Notes: generated from the sequence alone by a model not told the origin. A DNA stretch of 64,000 bases from Lachnospiraceae bacterium (GCA_015058015.1 SVDM01000004.1:105501-169500); one strand, 5' to 3'; counted from the first letter of the stretch, positions 38,461 through 48,090 are shown. Program-made: numbers and translations.

Positions 38461-39231
38461 ATGTCGAAGACTATTGCTGTAGCAGGAAAAGGTGGCGTGG
38501 GCAAAACCACCACATGTGGTCTGCTTATTGATTACTTAATCAGACACAACAAGAAACCGGTATTGGCAGTGGATGCAGATGCCAACTCCAACCTTAACGA
38601 GGTTCTCGGTGTAGAGGTAGAAGCTACCCTCGGAGAGATCAGAGAAGAAATCGCCAATGCGGAGATTGCACTTGATAATCCTATTCCCCTCGGAATGTCG
38701 AAACAGGATTATGCAAATTGGAAGTTTAACAGTGCTCTTATTGAAGAAGACGACTTTGACATGCTTGTTATGGGAAGAACCCAGGGCAAGGGCTGTTATT
38801 GTTACGTTAACGGAGTACTTCAATCCCAGATTCAGAAGTTCGCCGGCAATTACCAGTATGTGGTAGTTGATAATGAGGCGGGCATGGAGCATATCAGCAG
38901 AGGACTTCTACCCCATGTTGATATAGTTATTCTTGTAAGCGACTGTTCAAGAAGAGGCATACAAGCTGTTGGAAGAATAGCCAAGCTTATCAAAGAAATC
39001 GAACTTAATCCCAGTGAAGTAAAATTGATTGTTAACAGAGCACCGGGAGGCAAGTTAAATGATGGAATTCTTGAGGAAATCAAGATTCAGGAGCTTGACC
39101 TTGCAGGCGTGCTTCCTCATGATGAGGATGTATACGAGTTTGACTGCGAAGGAAAGCCTACGATTCAATTGCCTGCGGGTTCTGCCATGAGAGTTGAGCT
39201 TGAAAAGGTACTTGACGGTCTCAACCTGTAA
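38461..39231 (+). CDS. cooC: CODH nickel-insertion accessory ATPase CooC (copy 1)
   Basis: ATG 38461 is preceded by acggagga; the upstream extension to 38371 has no RBS. P-loop AVAGKGGVGKTT and Ni-binding CxC (GKGCYCYVN). Confidence 0.85.
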   Translation: MSKTIAVAGKGGVGKTTTCGLLIDYLIRHNKKPVLAVDADANSNLNEVLGVEVEATLGEIREEIANAEIALDNPIPLGMSKQDYANWKFNSALIEEDDFDMLVMGRTQGKGCYCYVNGVLQSQIQKFAGNYQYVVVDNEAGMEHISRGLLPHVDIVILVSDCSRRGIQAVGRIAKLIKEIELNPSEVKLIVNRAPGGKLNDGILEEIKIQELDLAGVLPHDEDVYEFDCEGKPTIQLPAGSAMRVELEKVLDGLNL

Positions 39232-39340
39232 TTTTATACGTTTCACTTACGGTCGAATTTTTCGAGGGGGCGAGTGGGCAACCTTGGAATTAAGATAAAA
39301 ATGTTTTCAAAAGAGACATAAGATATTAAAGGAGGTCTAT

Positions 39341-41239
39341 ATGGAAGAATTCAAATTAACAACTATTGAGGAGTTTGAAGCGGAAACTAATAAACTTCTC
39401 GAGACAGGCGCTAAAGTTGGCGCTGATTCATGGCAGCAGAGAGCTGCTAATCAGACACCTCACTGTAAGTTTGGTGAGCAGGGTGTTTGCTGTAGAATCT
39501 GTTCTATGGGACCCTGTCGTATTACACCTAAGGCACCCCGTGGAATCTGCGGATGTGATGCTGATGGTATCGTAGCAAGAAACTTCCTTCGTTTTACAGC
39601 GGGTGGTACAGCTACTCACTCAGACCACGGTCGTGAAATTGCTTACACACTTATGGAAGCAAGCCCGGATGGTCCTTACGAAGTAAAGGATCCCGAGAAA
39701 CTTCTTGTTATTGCCAAGGAGTGGGGCGTTGAGACAGAAGGCAGAGACATCTATGATGTTGCTCATGAAGTAGCAGAATTAGGTGTTATGGAATATGGTA
39801 AGGTAAGAGGATTCCAGAGATGGATTAAGAGAGCTACTCCCGAGCGTCAGAAGACATGGGAAGAGCAGGGCGTTGCACCAAGAGCTATCGACCGTGAGGT
39901 TGTTACAGCTATGCATATGACACATATGGGTAACTCCTCATTACCTGAAGCACTTATCAGACAGTCTATCCGTTGCGGTCTTTCCGATGGATGGGGCGGT
40001 TCCATGATGGGAACAGAGTTCTCCGATGTACTTTTCGGTACACCTCACGAGGTGGAGACAGAGGCTAACCTCGGTGTTATGAAAGAGGATATGGTTAATA
40101 TCGTAGTACACGGACATGACCCCTCACTTTCAGAAATGATCGTTAAATATTCAGAGACTCCGGAGATGGTAGCATATGCTAAAGAGCAGGGTGCTAACGG
40201 AATTCAGATTTCCGGTGTTTGCTGTACATCAAACGAAGTAACAATGCGTCACGGAATTCCTATGGCAGGTAACTTTCTTGCACAGGAGAACGTCGTACTT
40301 ACAGGTGCTTGCGAGGCTATCGTAGTAGACGTTCAGTGTATTTTCCCTGCATTAGGACCCTTAAGCAAGTGCTTCCATACAAAGTTCATCACAACATCTG
40401 ACATTTGCCGTCAGCCGGATTCAGAGTTCATTCACTTTGACGCACACAATGCAAAAGAGAATGCTATCGCAATCATTAAGATGGCTTGTGAGAACTTCAA
40501 GAACAGAAAGAAAGAGCTTGTTTACATCCCGCAGATGAAGCAGAAGGCAGTTGTTGGATACTCATGCGAGCAGATTATTAAGAAACTTGACGGTGTTACC
40601 AACTCTAACGTTGATGAGATGGGAACATACAAGCCACTCGTAGAGTGCGTTAACTCAGGTGTTCTTCGTGGTGCTGTTGCTATGGTTGGATGTAACAACC
40701 CGAAACAGAGAGCAGACTTTATGCATGTTGAGCTTATGAAGAAGCTCATTGCTAATGATATTATTCTTGTATTATCAGGATGTTCAGCACAGGCTGCTGC
40801 AAAAGCAGGTCTTATGGATCCAAGAGCTAAAGAGTTCTGTGGACAGGGACTTAAGCGTGTATGTGAGCTTGTTGGTATTCCTCCTGTACTTCACATGGGA
40901 TCATGCGTTGATATCAGCCGTATGATGCGTCTTGTATGTGATCTTGCAAAAGATATGGGCTGCGAGACATACGAACTTCCTGTAGTAGGATGCGCTCCTG
41001 AGTGGATGTCAGAGAAGGCTGTATCAATCGGTAACTATGTTATCGGTACAGGTATTGATACATTCCTTGGAATCAATCCTTACACTTCAGGTTCAGAAAA
41101 AGTTGAAGGAATCCTTAAGGGAAGCATTTCTGAAATGATTGGTGCTAAGTATTTCGAGGAACATGATCTTGACAAATTAGCACAGATGATGATTGACAGA
41201 ATCGAAGAGAAGAGAGCTGCATTAGCAAGCTGTAACTAA
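39341..41239 (+). CDS. acsA: Anaerobic carbon monoxide dehydrogenase catalytic subunit (CooS/AcsA)
   Basis: 632 aa. N-terminal Cys clusters (CKFGEQGVCCRICSMGPCRI, GICGCDADG) and C-cluster region motifs (VHGHDP, SGVCCTSNE, MVGCNNP, HMGSCVD). Confidence 0.95.
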   Translation: MEEFKLTTIEEFEAETNKLLETGAKVGADSWQQRAANQTPHCKFGEQGVCCRICSMGPCRITPKAPRGICGCDADGIVARNFLRFTAGGTATHSDHGREIAYTLMEASPDGPYEVKDPEKLLVIAKEWGVETEGRDIYDVAHEVAELGVMEYGKVRGFQRWIKRATPERQKTWEEQGVAPRAIDREVVTAMHMTHMGNSSLPEALIRQSIRCGLSDGWGGSMMGTEFSDVLFGTPHEVETEANLGVMKEDMVNIVVHGHDPSLSEMIVKYSETPEMVAYAKEQGANGIQISGVCCTSNEVTMRHGIPMAGNFLAQENVVLTGACEAIVVDVQCIFPALGPLSKCFHTKFITTSDICRQPDSEFIHFDAHNAKENAIAIIKMACENFKNRKKELVYIPQMKQKAVVGYSCEQIIKKLDGVTNSNVDEMGTYKPLVECVNSGVLRGAVAMVGCNNPKQRADFMHVELMKKLIANDIILVLSGCSAQAAAKAGLMDPRAKEFCGQGLKRVCELVGIPPVLHMGSCVDISRMMRLVCDLAKDMGCETYELPVVGCAPEWMSEKAVSIGNYVIGTGIDTFLGINPYTSGSEKVEGILKGSISEMIGAKYFEEHDLDKLAQMMIDRIEEKRAALASCN

Positions 41240-41286
41240 AGCATGTTGGAACTCTTCTAATAAAATCAGAAAGGTTGTGACCTTTA

Positions 41287-42066
41287 ATGAAAATTGCTGT
41301 TACAGGCAAGGGCGGGGTAGGAAAGACTACTTTGTCATCAACACTGGCAAGATTATATGCCGAAGAAAACCGTAGTGTTCTTGCTGCGGATGTTGACCCG
41401 GATGCTAACTTAGGCTTGGCTCTCGGATTTACGGAAGAGGAGCTTGATTCTATAGTTCCTATTTCCAAGATGCGAGAGTTGGTTGAAGAAAGAACCGGCG
41501 CAAGTTCCGATGGATTGGGACAATTCTTCAGGCTTAATCCCAAGGTTGATGATATACCGGAGAAATTCGCTAAAGAATGCAACGGTGTAAAGCTTCTTGT
41601 GCTAGGAACGGTAGAGACGGCAAACAGCGGATGTGTCTGCCCGGAGCATGTAATGCTTAAGCGGATAATCTCCCACCTCTTGGTTCAGGATAAGGATGTT
41701 GTTATCCTGGATATGGAAGCAGGGTTAGAGCATCTGGGACGAGGTACTACGGAAGATATGGACCAGTTCATAGTAGTAATAGAGCCCGGAGCCAGAAGCG
41801 TACAGACATACAAGAACGTGAAGAGGCTTGCTAACGAGCTGGGAATTGAACGGGTGAGCGTTGTAGCCAACAAGGTCAGAAACGAAGCTGACGAAGAATT
41901 CATTAAGGATCATATTCCGGCAGAAGATTTACTTGGATTCATCCATTACAATGAAGAAGTGATTGATGCGGACAGACAGGGCAAATCACCATATGATATG
42001 AGTGAAGAAGCCGTTGCCGAGATTCGCACAATCAAGGACAAAATAGATAACATGTTCAATAAATAA
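41287..42066 (+). CDS. cooC: CODH/ACS nickel-insertion accessory ATPase CooC/AcsF (copy 2)
   Basis: 259 aa. P-loop AVTGKGGVGKTT and CxC motif (NSGCVCPEH). Confidence 0.85.
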   Translation: MKIAVTGKGGVGKTTLSSTLARLYAEENRSVLAADVDPDANLGLALGFTEEELDSIVPISKMRELVEERTGASSDGLGQFFRLNPKVDDIPEKFAKECNGVKLLVLGTVETANSGCVCPEHVMLKRIISHLLVQDKDVVILDMEAGLEHLGRGTTEDMDQFIVVIEPGARSVQTYKNVKRLANELGIERVSVVANKVRNEADEEFIKDHIPAEDLLGFIHYNEEVIDADRQGKSPYDMSEEAVAEIRTIKDKIDNMFNK

Positions 42067-42093
42067 TATGTTTATTCGATAGGAGGAAATACA

Positions 42094-44220
42094 TTGAGAT
42101 TACTTGACAGAGTTTTTAATGGTGCAACAACCATTTACGAACAAACAGTAAAAGCTGTTGACGAAGCAATTGCAAAATACGGTGCAGATCAGGCAGTTTC
42201 ACTTCCCGACACAGCATTTGCTCTTCCCTGCTACTATGCAGTAACAGGTGTTAAAGTTACAACACTTGGAGAGATGAAAGAAGCTTGTGAATTCCTTAAG
42301 AATTCCAACACAAGAGAGCAGCGTCTTGCTGATGGTTTCACATCAGGTATCGCTACAGCAATCGGTGCAGAGTTCACCGAGGCAATCAAATATATTGAAG
42401 GCAATCCTTACGAAGAGCCAATCGTAGCTCACTTCTCAGATGCTATGGTTCGTGAGCTCGGACTTCCCCTGGTTACAGAGGATATCCCCGGTGTTGCAGT
42501 ATTCATCGGTGAGGCTCCTTCAACACAGGAACTTTGCGATTTAATTAAACAGTATCAGTCACAGGGTATCTTCGTTGCACTTGTTGGTAAGTGTATCGAC
42601 CAGGCTGTAGAAGGAAATGCTAAGTTAGGATTCAACGTACGTTGTACACCTCTCGGATATCACATCGAGTCAGTAGTACATATCGTATCTGTTGCTCTAA
42701 GAGCAGGTCTTATCTTCGGTAACATTACACCGGGACACAACGAAGAACTTAAAGCATACACAATGAAGAGAGTTAAGGCATTCGTTAATGCTTACGCTCC
42801 TGTAGATGATGTAACAGTTGCATTTGGTGCAGGCGCAATCGCTTACGGTTTCCCTGTTATCTCTAACGATACCAATGACCTTAAGCCGGTTCCTAAGAGC
42901 ATCGTTATCCAGCCGGATACAACTAAGTTCAATGCTACATCAATCGAGGCAAGAGATGTCAGAGTTAAGATTTCTAACGTTGATATTCCTGTACCTTACG
43001 GCTCAGCTTTCGAGGGTGAGATTATCCGTAAGGGTGATATGAAAATCGAAGTTGATGGTTCCAGAATGGACTGCTTCGAGCTTGTTCAGTCCAAACCTCT
43101 TGCAGAAGTTGAAGACCACAAGATTGAAGTATTCGGAGATGACTTCGACAAATATGAAGACGGAACAAAGATTTCTATGGCTATCATCGCTGAAGTTGCC
43201 GGTAAGAGCATGCAGTCAGACTTCGAGTCAGTTATGGAAAGAAAGTTCCATGCATTTATCAACTGCGCTGAAGGTATCATGCATACAGGACAGCGTGATA
43301 TGATTCGTATCCGTGTAAGCAAAGATGCTTTCAATGAAGGATTCAGAGCTAAACACTTCGGTGAAATCCTTTACGCTAAGTTAAAGAGCGAGTACGATGC
43401 AGTTGTTGACAAATGTCAGATTAAGATTTACATCGGTGAGGAGACAACGAGACTTCGTAACGAACTTGCTACTCCTACCTTTGATCACAGAGATGAGAGA
43501 CTTGGTTCTCTTACAGATGAGAGCGTTGACGAATTCTACACATGTATTCTTTGTCAGGCATTCTCACCCAGCCATGTATGTATCGTAACACCTGAGAGAC
43601 TTGGACTTTGCGGTGCTGTTTCATGGTTAGATGCTAAGGCAACACATGAGCTTGATCCTAACGGACCTTGCCAGATCGTTAAGAAAGAACACGTTATCGA
43701 CGAGAGAGTTGGACGTATCGAAGAAGTTAACGAGGCAGTTAAGAAGTACTCACAGGGTGCTCTTGAAGAAGTTACACTTTACTCAATCATGGAAGATCCT
43801 ATGACATCATGCGGATGTTTCGAGTGTATCTGTGGTATCGAGCCTATGTCAAACGGTGTTGTTATCGTTAACCGTGAGCATACAGGAATCACACCTGTTG
43901 GTATGACATTCTCAGAGCTCGCAGCTATGACCGGTGGTGGAGTTCAGACTCCCGGATTCATGGGACATGGTAAGCATTTCATCGCTTCTAAGAAGTTCAT
44001 GAAGGCTGAAGGCGGAATCCAGAGAATCGTTTGGTTACCCAAGGCTCTTAAGGAGCAGGTAGCTGACAAGCTTAACGCTACAGCAAAAGAACTTTACGGA
44101 ATCGACAACTTCACAGACATGATCGCTGATGAGACAATCGTTGAGGGCGATCCTGAAGCATTAATGAACTTCTTAACAGAGAAGAATCATCCTGCTTTAA
44201 GCTTAGAGCCGATGATGTAA
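42094..44220 (+). CDS. acsB: Acetyl-CoA synthase subunit AcsB, copy 1
   Basis: TTG start 7 nt after AGGAGG. 708 aa. The A-cluster region has CILCQAFSPSHVC, LGLCGAVSW and SCGCFEC. Confidence 0.95.
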   Translation: MRLLDRVFNGATTIYEQTVKAVDEAIAKYGADQAVSLPDTAFALPCYYAVTGVKVTTLGEMKEACEFLKNSNTREQRLADGFTSGIATAIGAEFTEAIKYIEGNPYEEPIVAHFSDAMVRELGLPLVTEDIPGVAVFIGEAPSTQELCDLIKQYQSQGIFVALVGKCIDQAVEGNAKLGFNVRCTPLGYHIESVVHIVSVALRAGLIFGNITPGHNEELKAYTMKRVKAFVNAYAPVDDVTVAFGAGAIAYGFPVISNDTNDLKPVPKSIVIQPDTTKFNATSIEARDVRVKISNVDIPVPYGSAFEGEIIRKGDMKIEVDGSRMDCFELVQSKPLAEVEDHKIEVFGDDFDKYEDGTKISMAIIAEVAGKSMQSDFESVMERKFHAFINCAEGIMHTGQRDMIRIRVSKDAFNEGFRAKHFGEILYAKLKSEYDAVVDKCQIKIYIGEETTRLRNELATPTFDHRDERLGSLTDESVDEFYTCILCQAFSPSHVCIVTPERLGLCGAVSWLDAKATHELDPNGPCQIVKKEHVIDERVGRIEEVNEAVKKYSQGALEEVTLYSIMEDPMTSCGCFECICGIEPMSNGVVIVNREHTGITPVGMTFSELAAMTGGGVQTPGFMGHGKHFIASKKFMKAEGGIQRIVWLPKALKEQVADKLNATAKELYGIDNFTDMIADETIVEGDPEALMNFLTEKNHPALSLEPMM

Positions 44221-44243
44221 TTCAATATTATTTAATTAATATA

Positions 44244-44276
44244 CATAAGCCTCGCACAAAATGTGCGAGGCTTATG
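44244..44276 (+). terminator. Perfect 15-bp hairpin after acsB copy 1 (terminator-like, no U-tract)
   Basis: cataagcctcgcaca-aaa-tgtgcgaggcttatg, followed by cccttaattg. Confidence 0.45.
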
Positions 44277-44485
44277 CCCTTAATTGTTATGTAAACTATT
44301 ACATGGACTATTATGCAAGTAATACAAAAACAGAAAGATTGTTAAAAAATTATCCTTGTTGAAAAGTAACATATCATTCGAATTCATTAAAACGTATAAT
44401 GTTGTTAACACTGGGTTTTCCCGACAATAATGCATGGGCAGACTCTGTTAAAAAATATATATACTTATACTGGAGGTAGGTTTTA

Positions 44486-46615
44486 ATGACACTTTATGAA
44501 AGAATTTTTGCAGGTTCAGATGCAGTCTATGGATTGACCTGCGGAGCAATCGATGATGCCATCGCCAAATATGGCGCTGACAAGGCAATTTCATTCCCCG
44601 AAACAGCTTATTGCCTTCCCTGTTACTACGCAGTTACAGGACAGAAGATTAAGACTCTTGCAGAATTAAAGCAGGGATGTGAGACATTAAAGTCTCTTAA
44701 TTCCGCTGAGACAAGAGAAGCCAACCCCTTACTCTCAGGTGTAGCTACAGCTCTTGGTGCAGAGTTCTTGGAAGCATTGAAGTATATTGACGGTTCAACC
44801 CCCTATGCAGAACCCTATTATGGTCATTTACCCGATGCTATTATTCGTGAGCTGGGAGTACCTCTTGTAACGGGAGATATTCCCGGAGTTGCTGTTATTA
44901 TCGGAGAAGCACCCACAGCACAGGAAGGCGTAGATCTTATTAAGAGTTATCAGGCACAGGGTATCCTTGTTACTCTTGTGGGCAAGATTGTTGAGCAGGC
45001 ACAGAGTCTTAACTACAATATGGGATACGGCGTAAGAGTTGTTCCCTTGGGAACTGACATCACATCAGTAATCCATGTGGTTTCAGTTGCTTTAAGAGCA
45101 GCCCTTATCTTTGGTAATGTGACACCCGGAGATGCAGCCGGTCTTATGAAGTACACAGCAGAAAGAGTACCTGCATTTGTTAATGCATTTAAGCCTATTG
45201 ATGATGTTGTTCTTTCAGCAGGAGCAGGCGCTATTGCCCTTGGATTCCCGGTAATCACCAACGAAACAGAGAATGTTACAGAGGTTCCCAAGGCACTTCT
45301 TTCACAGCCTGACGTATCAAAGTTTAATCAGTTATCACTTGAAACAAGAGAAATCAAAATCAAGATTACCAAGATTGATATTCCCGTTGCTTATGCATCA
45401 GCATTTGAAGGCGAGATAATAAGAAAAGCCGATATGAAGATTGAGGCAGACGGATCAAGAGTCGATTGCTTCGAGCTTGTACAGGCAAAAGGTCTTGACG
45501 AGATTGAAGATCATAAGATTGAGGTTATCGGCAAAGACATTGATGAGTTTGAAGACGGAGAGAAGATCCAGATGGCTCTTATCGCTGAAGTCGCAGGTAA
45601 ATCAATGCAGACTGACTTTGAGTCTGTTATGGAAAGAAAATTCCATGCATTCATCAACTGCATCGAAGGCGTAATGCATACAGGACAGCGTGATATGATA
45701 CGTATCCGTGTAAGCAAAGATGCTTTTAATGCAGGTTTTCGAGCAAAACACTTTGGTGAAGTTCTTTATGCTAAGTTAAAGAGCGAATACGAAGCAGTAG
45801 TAGACAAATGTCAGATTAAGATCATAACTGATCCTGACAAATGTAGCGATCTTCGTCATAACCTTGCTATTCCCACATTTGATCATAGAGACGAAAGACT
45901 CGGCTCCATGACTGATGAGAGTGTAGACGAATTCTATACATGTATTCTTTGCCAAGCATTCTCACCAAGCCACGTATGTATCATCACACCAGAAAGACTC
46001 GGTCTTTGCGGTGCTGTTTCATGGCTTGATGCCAAGGCTACCAATGAGCTTGATCCCAACGGACCTTGCCAGATTGTTAAGAAAGAGCATGTAATTGATG
46101 AGAGAGTAGGAAGATATGAAGAAGTAGATGAAGCTGTTAAGAAGTATTCTCAGGGTGCATTAGAGCATGTTACACTCTACTCTATTATGGAAGACCCCAT
46201 GACATCCTGCGGATGTTTCGAGTGTATCTGCGGTATCGAGCCTATGTCAAATGGCGTAGTTATCGTTAACCGTGAGCATACCGGTGTTACACCTATCGGT
46301 ATGACCTTCTCAGAACTTGCTTCCATGACCGGCGGTGGAGTTCAGACTCCGGGATTTATGGGACACGGAAAGCATTTCATTGCTTCCAAGAAGTTTATGA
46401 AGGCAGAAGGCGGAATCGAAAGAATAGTATGGCTTCCCAAGGCATTAAAGGAGCAGATAGCTGACAAGCTTAACGCTACAGCCAAGGATTTATATGGAAT
46501 TGACAACTTCACAGATATGGTAGCTGACGAGACCATTGCAGAAGATGCAGAAACTCTGATGAACTTCTTAACAGAGAAGAATCATCCTGCATTAAAGTTA
46601 GAACCCATGATGTAA
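44486..46615 (+). CDS. acsB: Acetyl-CoA synthase subunit AcsB, copy 2 (tandem paralogue)
   Basis: 709 aa with a ggagg RBS. It has the same A-cluster motifs as copy 1. The N-terminal ~300 aa are clearly more diverged than the rest. Confidence 0.95.
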   Translation: MTLYERIFAGSDAVYGLTCGAIDDAIAKYGADKAISFPETAYCLPCYYAVTGQKIKTLAELKQGCETLKSLNSAETREANPLLSGVATALGAEFLEALKYIDGSTPYAEPYYGHLPDAIIRELGVPLVTGDIPGVAVIIGEAPTAQEGVDLIKSYQAQGILVTLVGKIVEQAQSLNYNMGYGVRVVPLGTDITSVIHVVSVALRAALIFGNVTPGDAAGLMKYTAERVPAFVNAFKPIDDVVLSAGAGAIALGFPVITNETENVTEVPKALLSQPDVSKFNQLSLETREIKIKITKIDIPVAYASAFEGEIIRKADMKIEADGSRVDCFELVQAKGLDEIEDHKIEVIGKDIDEFEDGEKIQMALIAEVAGKSMQTDFESVMERKFHAFINCIEGVMHTGQRDMIRIRVSKDAFNAGFRAKHFGEVLYAKLKSEYEAVVDKCQIKIITDPDKCSDLRHNLAIPTFDHRDERLGSMTDESVDEFYTCILCQAFSPSHVCIITPERLGLCGAVSWLDAKATNELDPNGPCQIVKKEHVIDERVGRYEEVDEAVKKYSQGALEHVTLYSIMEDPMTSCGCFECICGIEPMSNGVVIVNREHTGVTPIGMTFSELASMTGGGVQTPGFMGHGKHFIASKKFMKAEGGIERIVWLPKALKEQIADKLNATAKDLYGIDNFTDMVADETIAEDAETLMNFLTEKNHPALKLEPMM

Positions 46616-46620
46616 ATGAT

Positions 46621-46846
46621 ATAGACTCTCAAAGTCACCCGGCTCGTGCTTGCACGGAAGCCGGAGTGACCTTGAGAGGCTAACAAATATGAGCATGCAG
46701 CCCGATAGGGCGGAATGCGAATATTTGTAGAAACGCAAGAGCTGCGAAGCGGCGAGCGTTTCGTATATCATTTAGAAATGAAAGCGGAATGCGAATATTT
46801 GTAGAAACGCAAGAGCTGCGAAGCGGCGAGCGTTTCGTATATCATT
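46621..46846 (+). repeat. Unclassified structured intergenic element, locus A: long hairpin, conserved linker, then a hairpin module duplicated in tandem
   Basis: Hairpin 46626-46678 has a CUUG apical loop. The 40-nt linker 46689-46728 is 36/40 identical to 55431-55470. A 63-nt unit is repeated exactly at 46710-46772 and 46784-46846. Confidence 0.5.
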
Positions 46847-46963
46847 ATTAAAAACTTGCTAATTGTGAAGTGTGCATAATGATTTTTTTAATTCCTTATG
46901 CATTTGTATAAAAAAATATCCTAAAATTTTTACACAAATGATAAGATTTTAACAAGGAATAAA

Positions 46964-46992
46964 TTGACATGCCCGTCAATTCTGTGTATAAT
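46964..46992 (+). promoter_or_regulatory. Consensus sigma-A promoter for acsD-acsC-acsE
   Basis: TTGACA (46964-46969), 17 nt spacer, TATAAT (46987-46992). The -35 lies within TTGACatgcccGTCAA. Confidence 0.65.
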
Positions 46993-47122
46993 ATTTTACG
47001 GTGCTTACACAGATTTGTACCATTTTTAAAAATGTGCTTAGGGGTATATGTATAAGCTGATTACATATACGTTGCTTATAAACTATGATGTTACTTAAGC
47101 GAAACAAAAAGGAGGATAAAAA

Positions 47123-48064
47123 ATGGCTTTTAAACCCGCATCACAGAAATTTAATGCTACTATCAACCAAGTTGAAATCGGTAGCGGAGACAAGAAAATT
47201 ACTCTCGGAGGAGAATGCACATTACCATTCTACACCTTCGACGCAGAGATCCCCAATGCTCCCAAGGTAGGCGTTGAGCTTACAGACCTTGGAATCGATG
47301 AGACATTACCGGGACTCAAGGAATTCTACGCTGGTGCAGCAACTGTTGCTGAGCAGGCTGCTAAGGCTGCTACAATGGAAGGTGCTGACTTCATCTCAAT
47401 CAGATTTGAAGGTGCTGATCCCAACGGTGAGAATAAGTCTGTTGACGAGTGTGTTGAAATCGCCAAGGCAGTTGCAGACGCAACAGATATGCCTTTAGTA
47501 ATCTGCGGATGTAAGAACGCAGAGAAGGATGCCGATCTTTTCAACAAGATTGCTGAAGCATTGGCAGGAAAGAATGTATTATTCCTTGCAGCTAAGGAAG
47601 AAAACTATAAGACAGTAGGTGCATCTGCAGGTCTTGCTTACAACCAGAAGGTTGGAGCAGAGTCAGCAGTTGATATCAACCTTGCTAAACAGCTCAACGT
47701 AGTACTTGGACAGCTCGGCGTTAAGAACGAGACAATCGTTATGAACGTTGGTACAGCTACAGCAGGATACGGTTTTGAGTATGTTGTTTCTACAATGGAC
47801 AGAGTTAAAGCAGCTGCTCTTTCACAGAACGATGCAGCTCTTCAGATGCCTATTATGACACCTATCGCTTCTGAAACTTACAACGTAAAAGAGGCTATTG
47901 TTTCTGAGGAAGATTTCCCTGAGTGGGGCGACCGTGAGACAAGAGCTATCGACATGGAAATTACAACTGCAGCAGCTTGCCTTGCTTCAGGATCAAACGC
48001 TGTTATCTTAAAGCATCCGGCTTCAGTTGCAACAATTTCTAAAATGATTAAAGAATTAGTTTAA
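47123..48064 (+). CDS. acsD: Corrinoid iron-sulfur protein small subunit (AcsD)
   Basis: 313 aa with an aaggagg RBS. The N-terminus QKFNATINQVEIGSGDKKITLGGE and TIM-barrel-like body are typical of AcsD/CdhD. Adjacent to acsC. Confidence 0.9.
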   Translation: MAFKPASQKFNATINQVEIGSGDKKITLGGECTLPFYTFDAEIPNAPKVGVELTDLGIDETLPGLKEFYAGAATVAEQAAKAATMEGADFISIRFEGADPNGENKSVDECVEIAKAVADATDMPLVICGCKNAEKDADLFNKIAEALAGKNVLFLAAKEENYKTVGASAGLAYNQKVGAESAVDINLAKQLNVVLGQLGVKNETIVMNVGTATAGYGFEYVVSTMDRVKAAALSQNDAALQMPIMTPIASETYNVKEAIVSEEDFPEWGDRETRAIDMEITTAAACLASGSNAVILKHPASVATISKMIKELV

Positions 48065-48090
48065 TTAGTTGACTGAAGGAGGATTATAAA

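Noticed and set aside
46710-46846. The tandem direct repeat considered as a possible CRISPR array.
   Set aside because: There are only two copies, the unit is 63 nt and the spacer only 11 nt. The unit is itself part of a larger structured element, and there are no cas genes.
47085-47270. 61-aa ORF overlapping the acsD start.
   Set aside because: It is out of frame with acsD, spans the acsD RBS, has no RBS of its own and has a basic low-complexity product.
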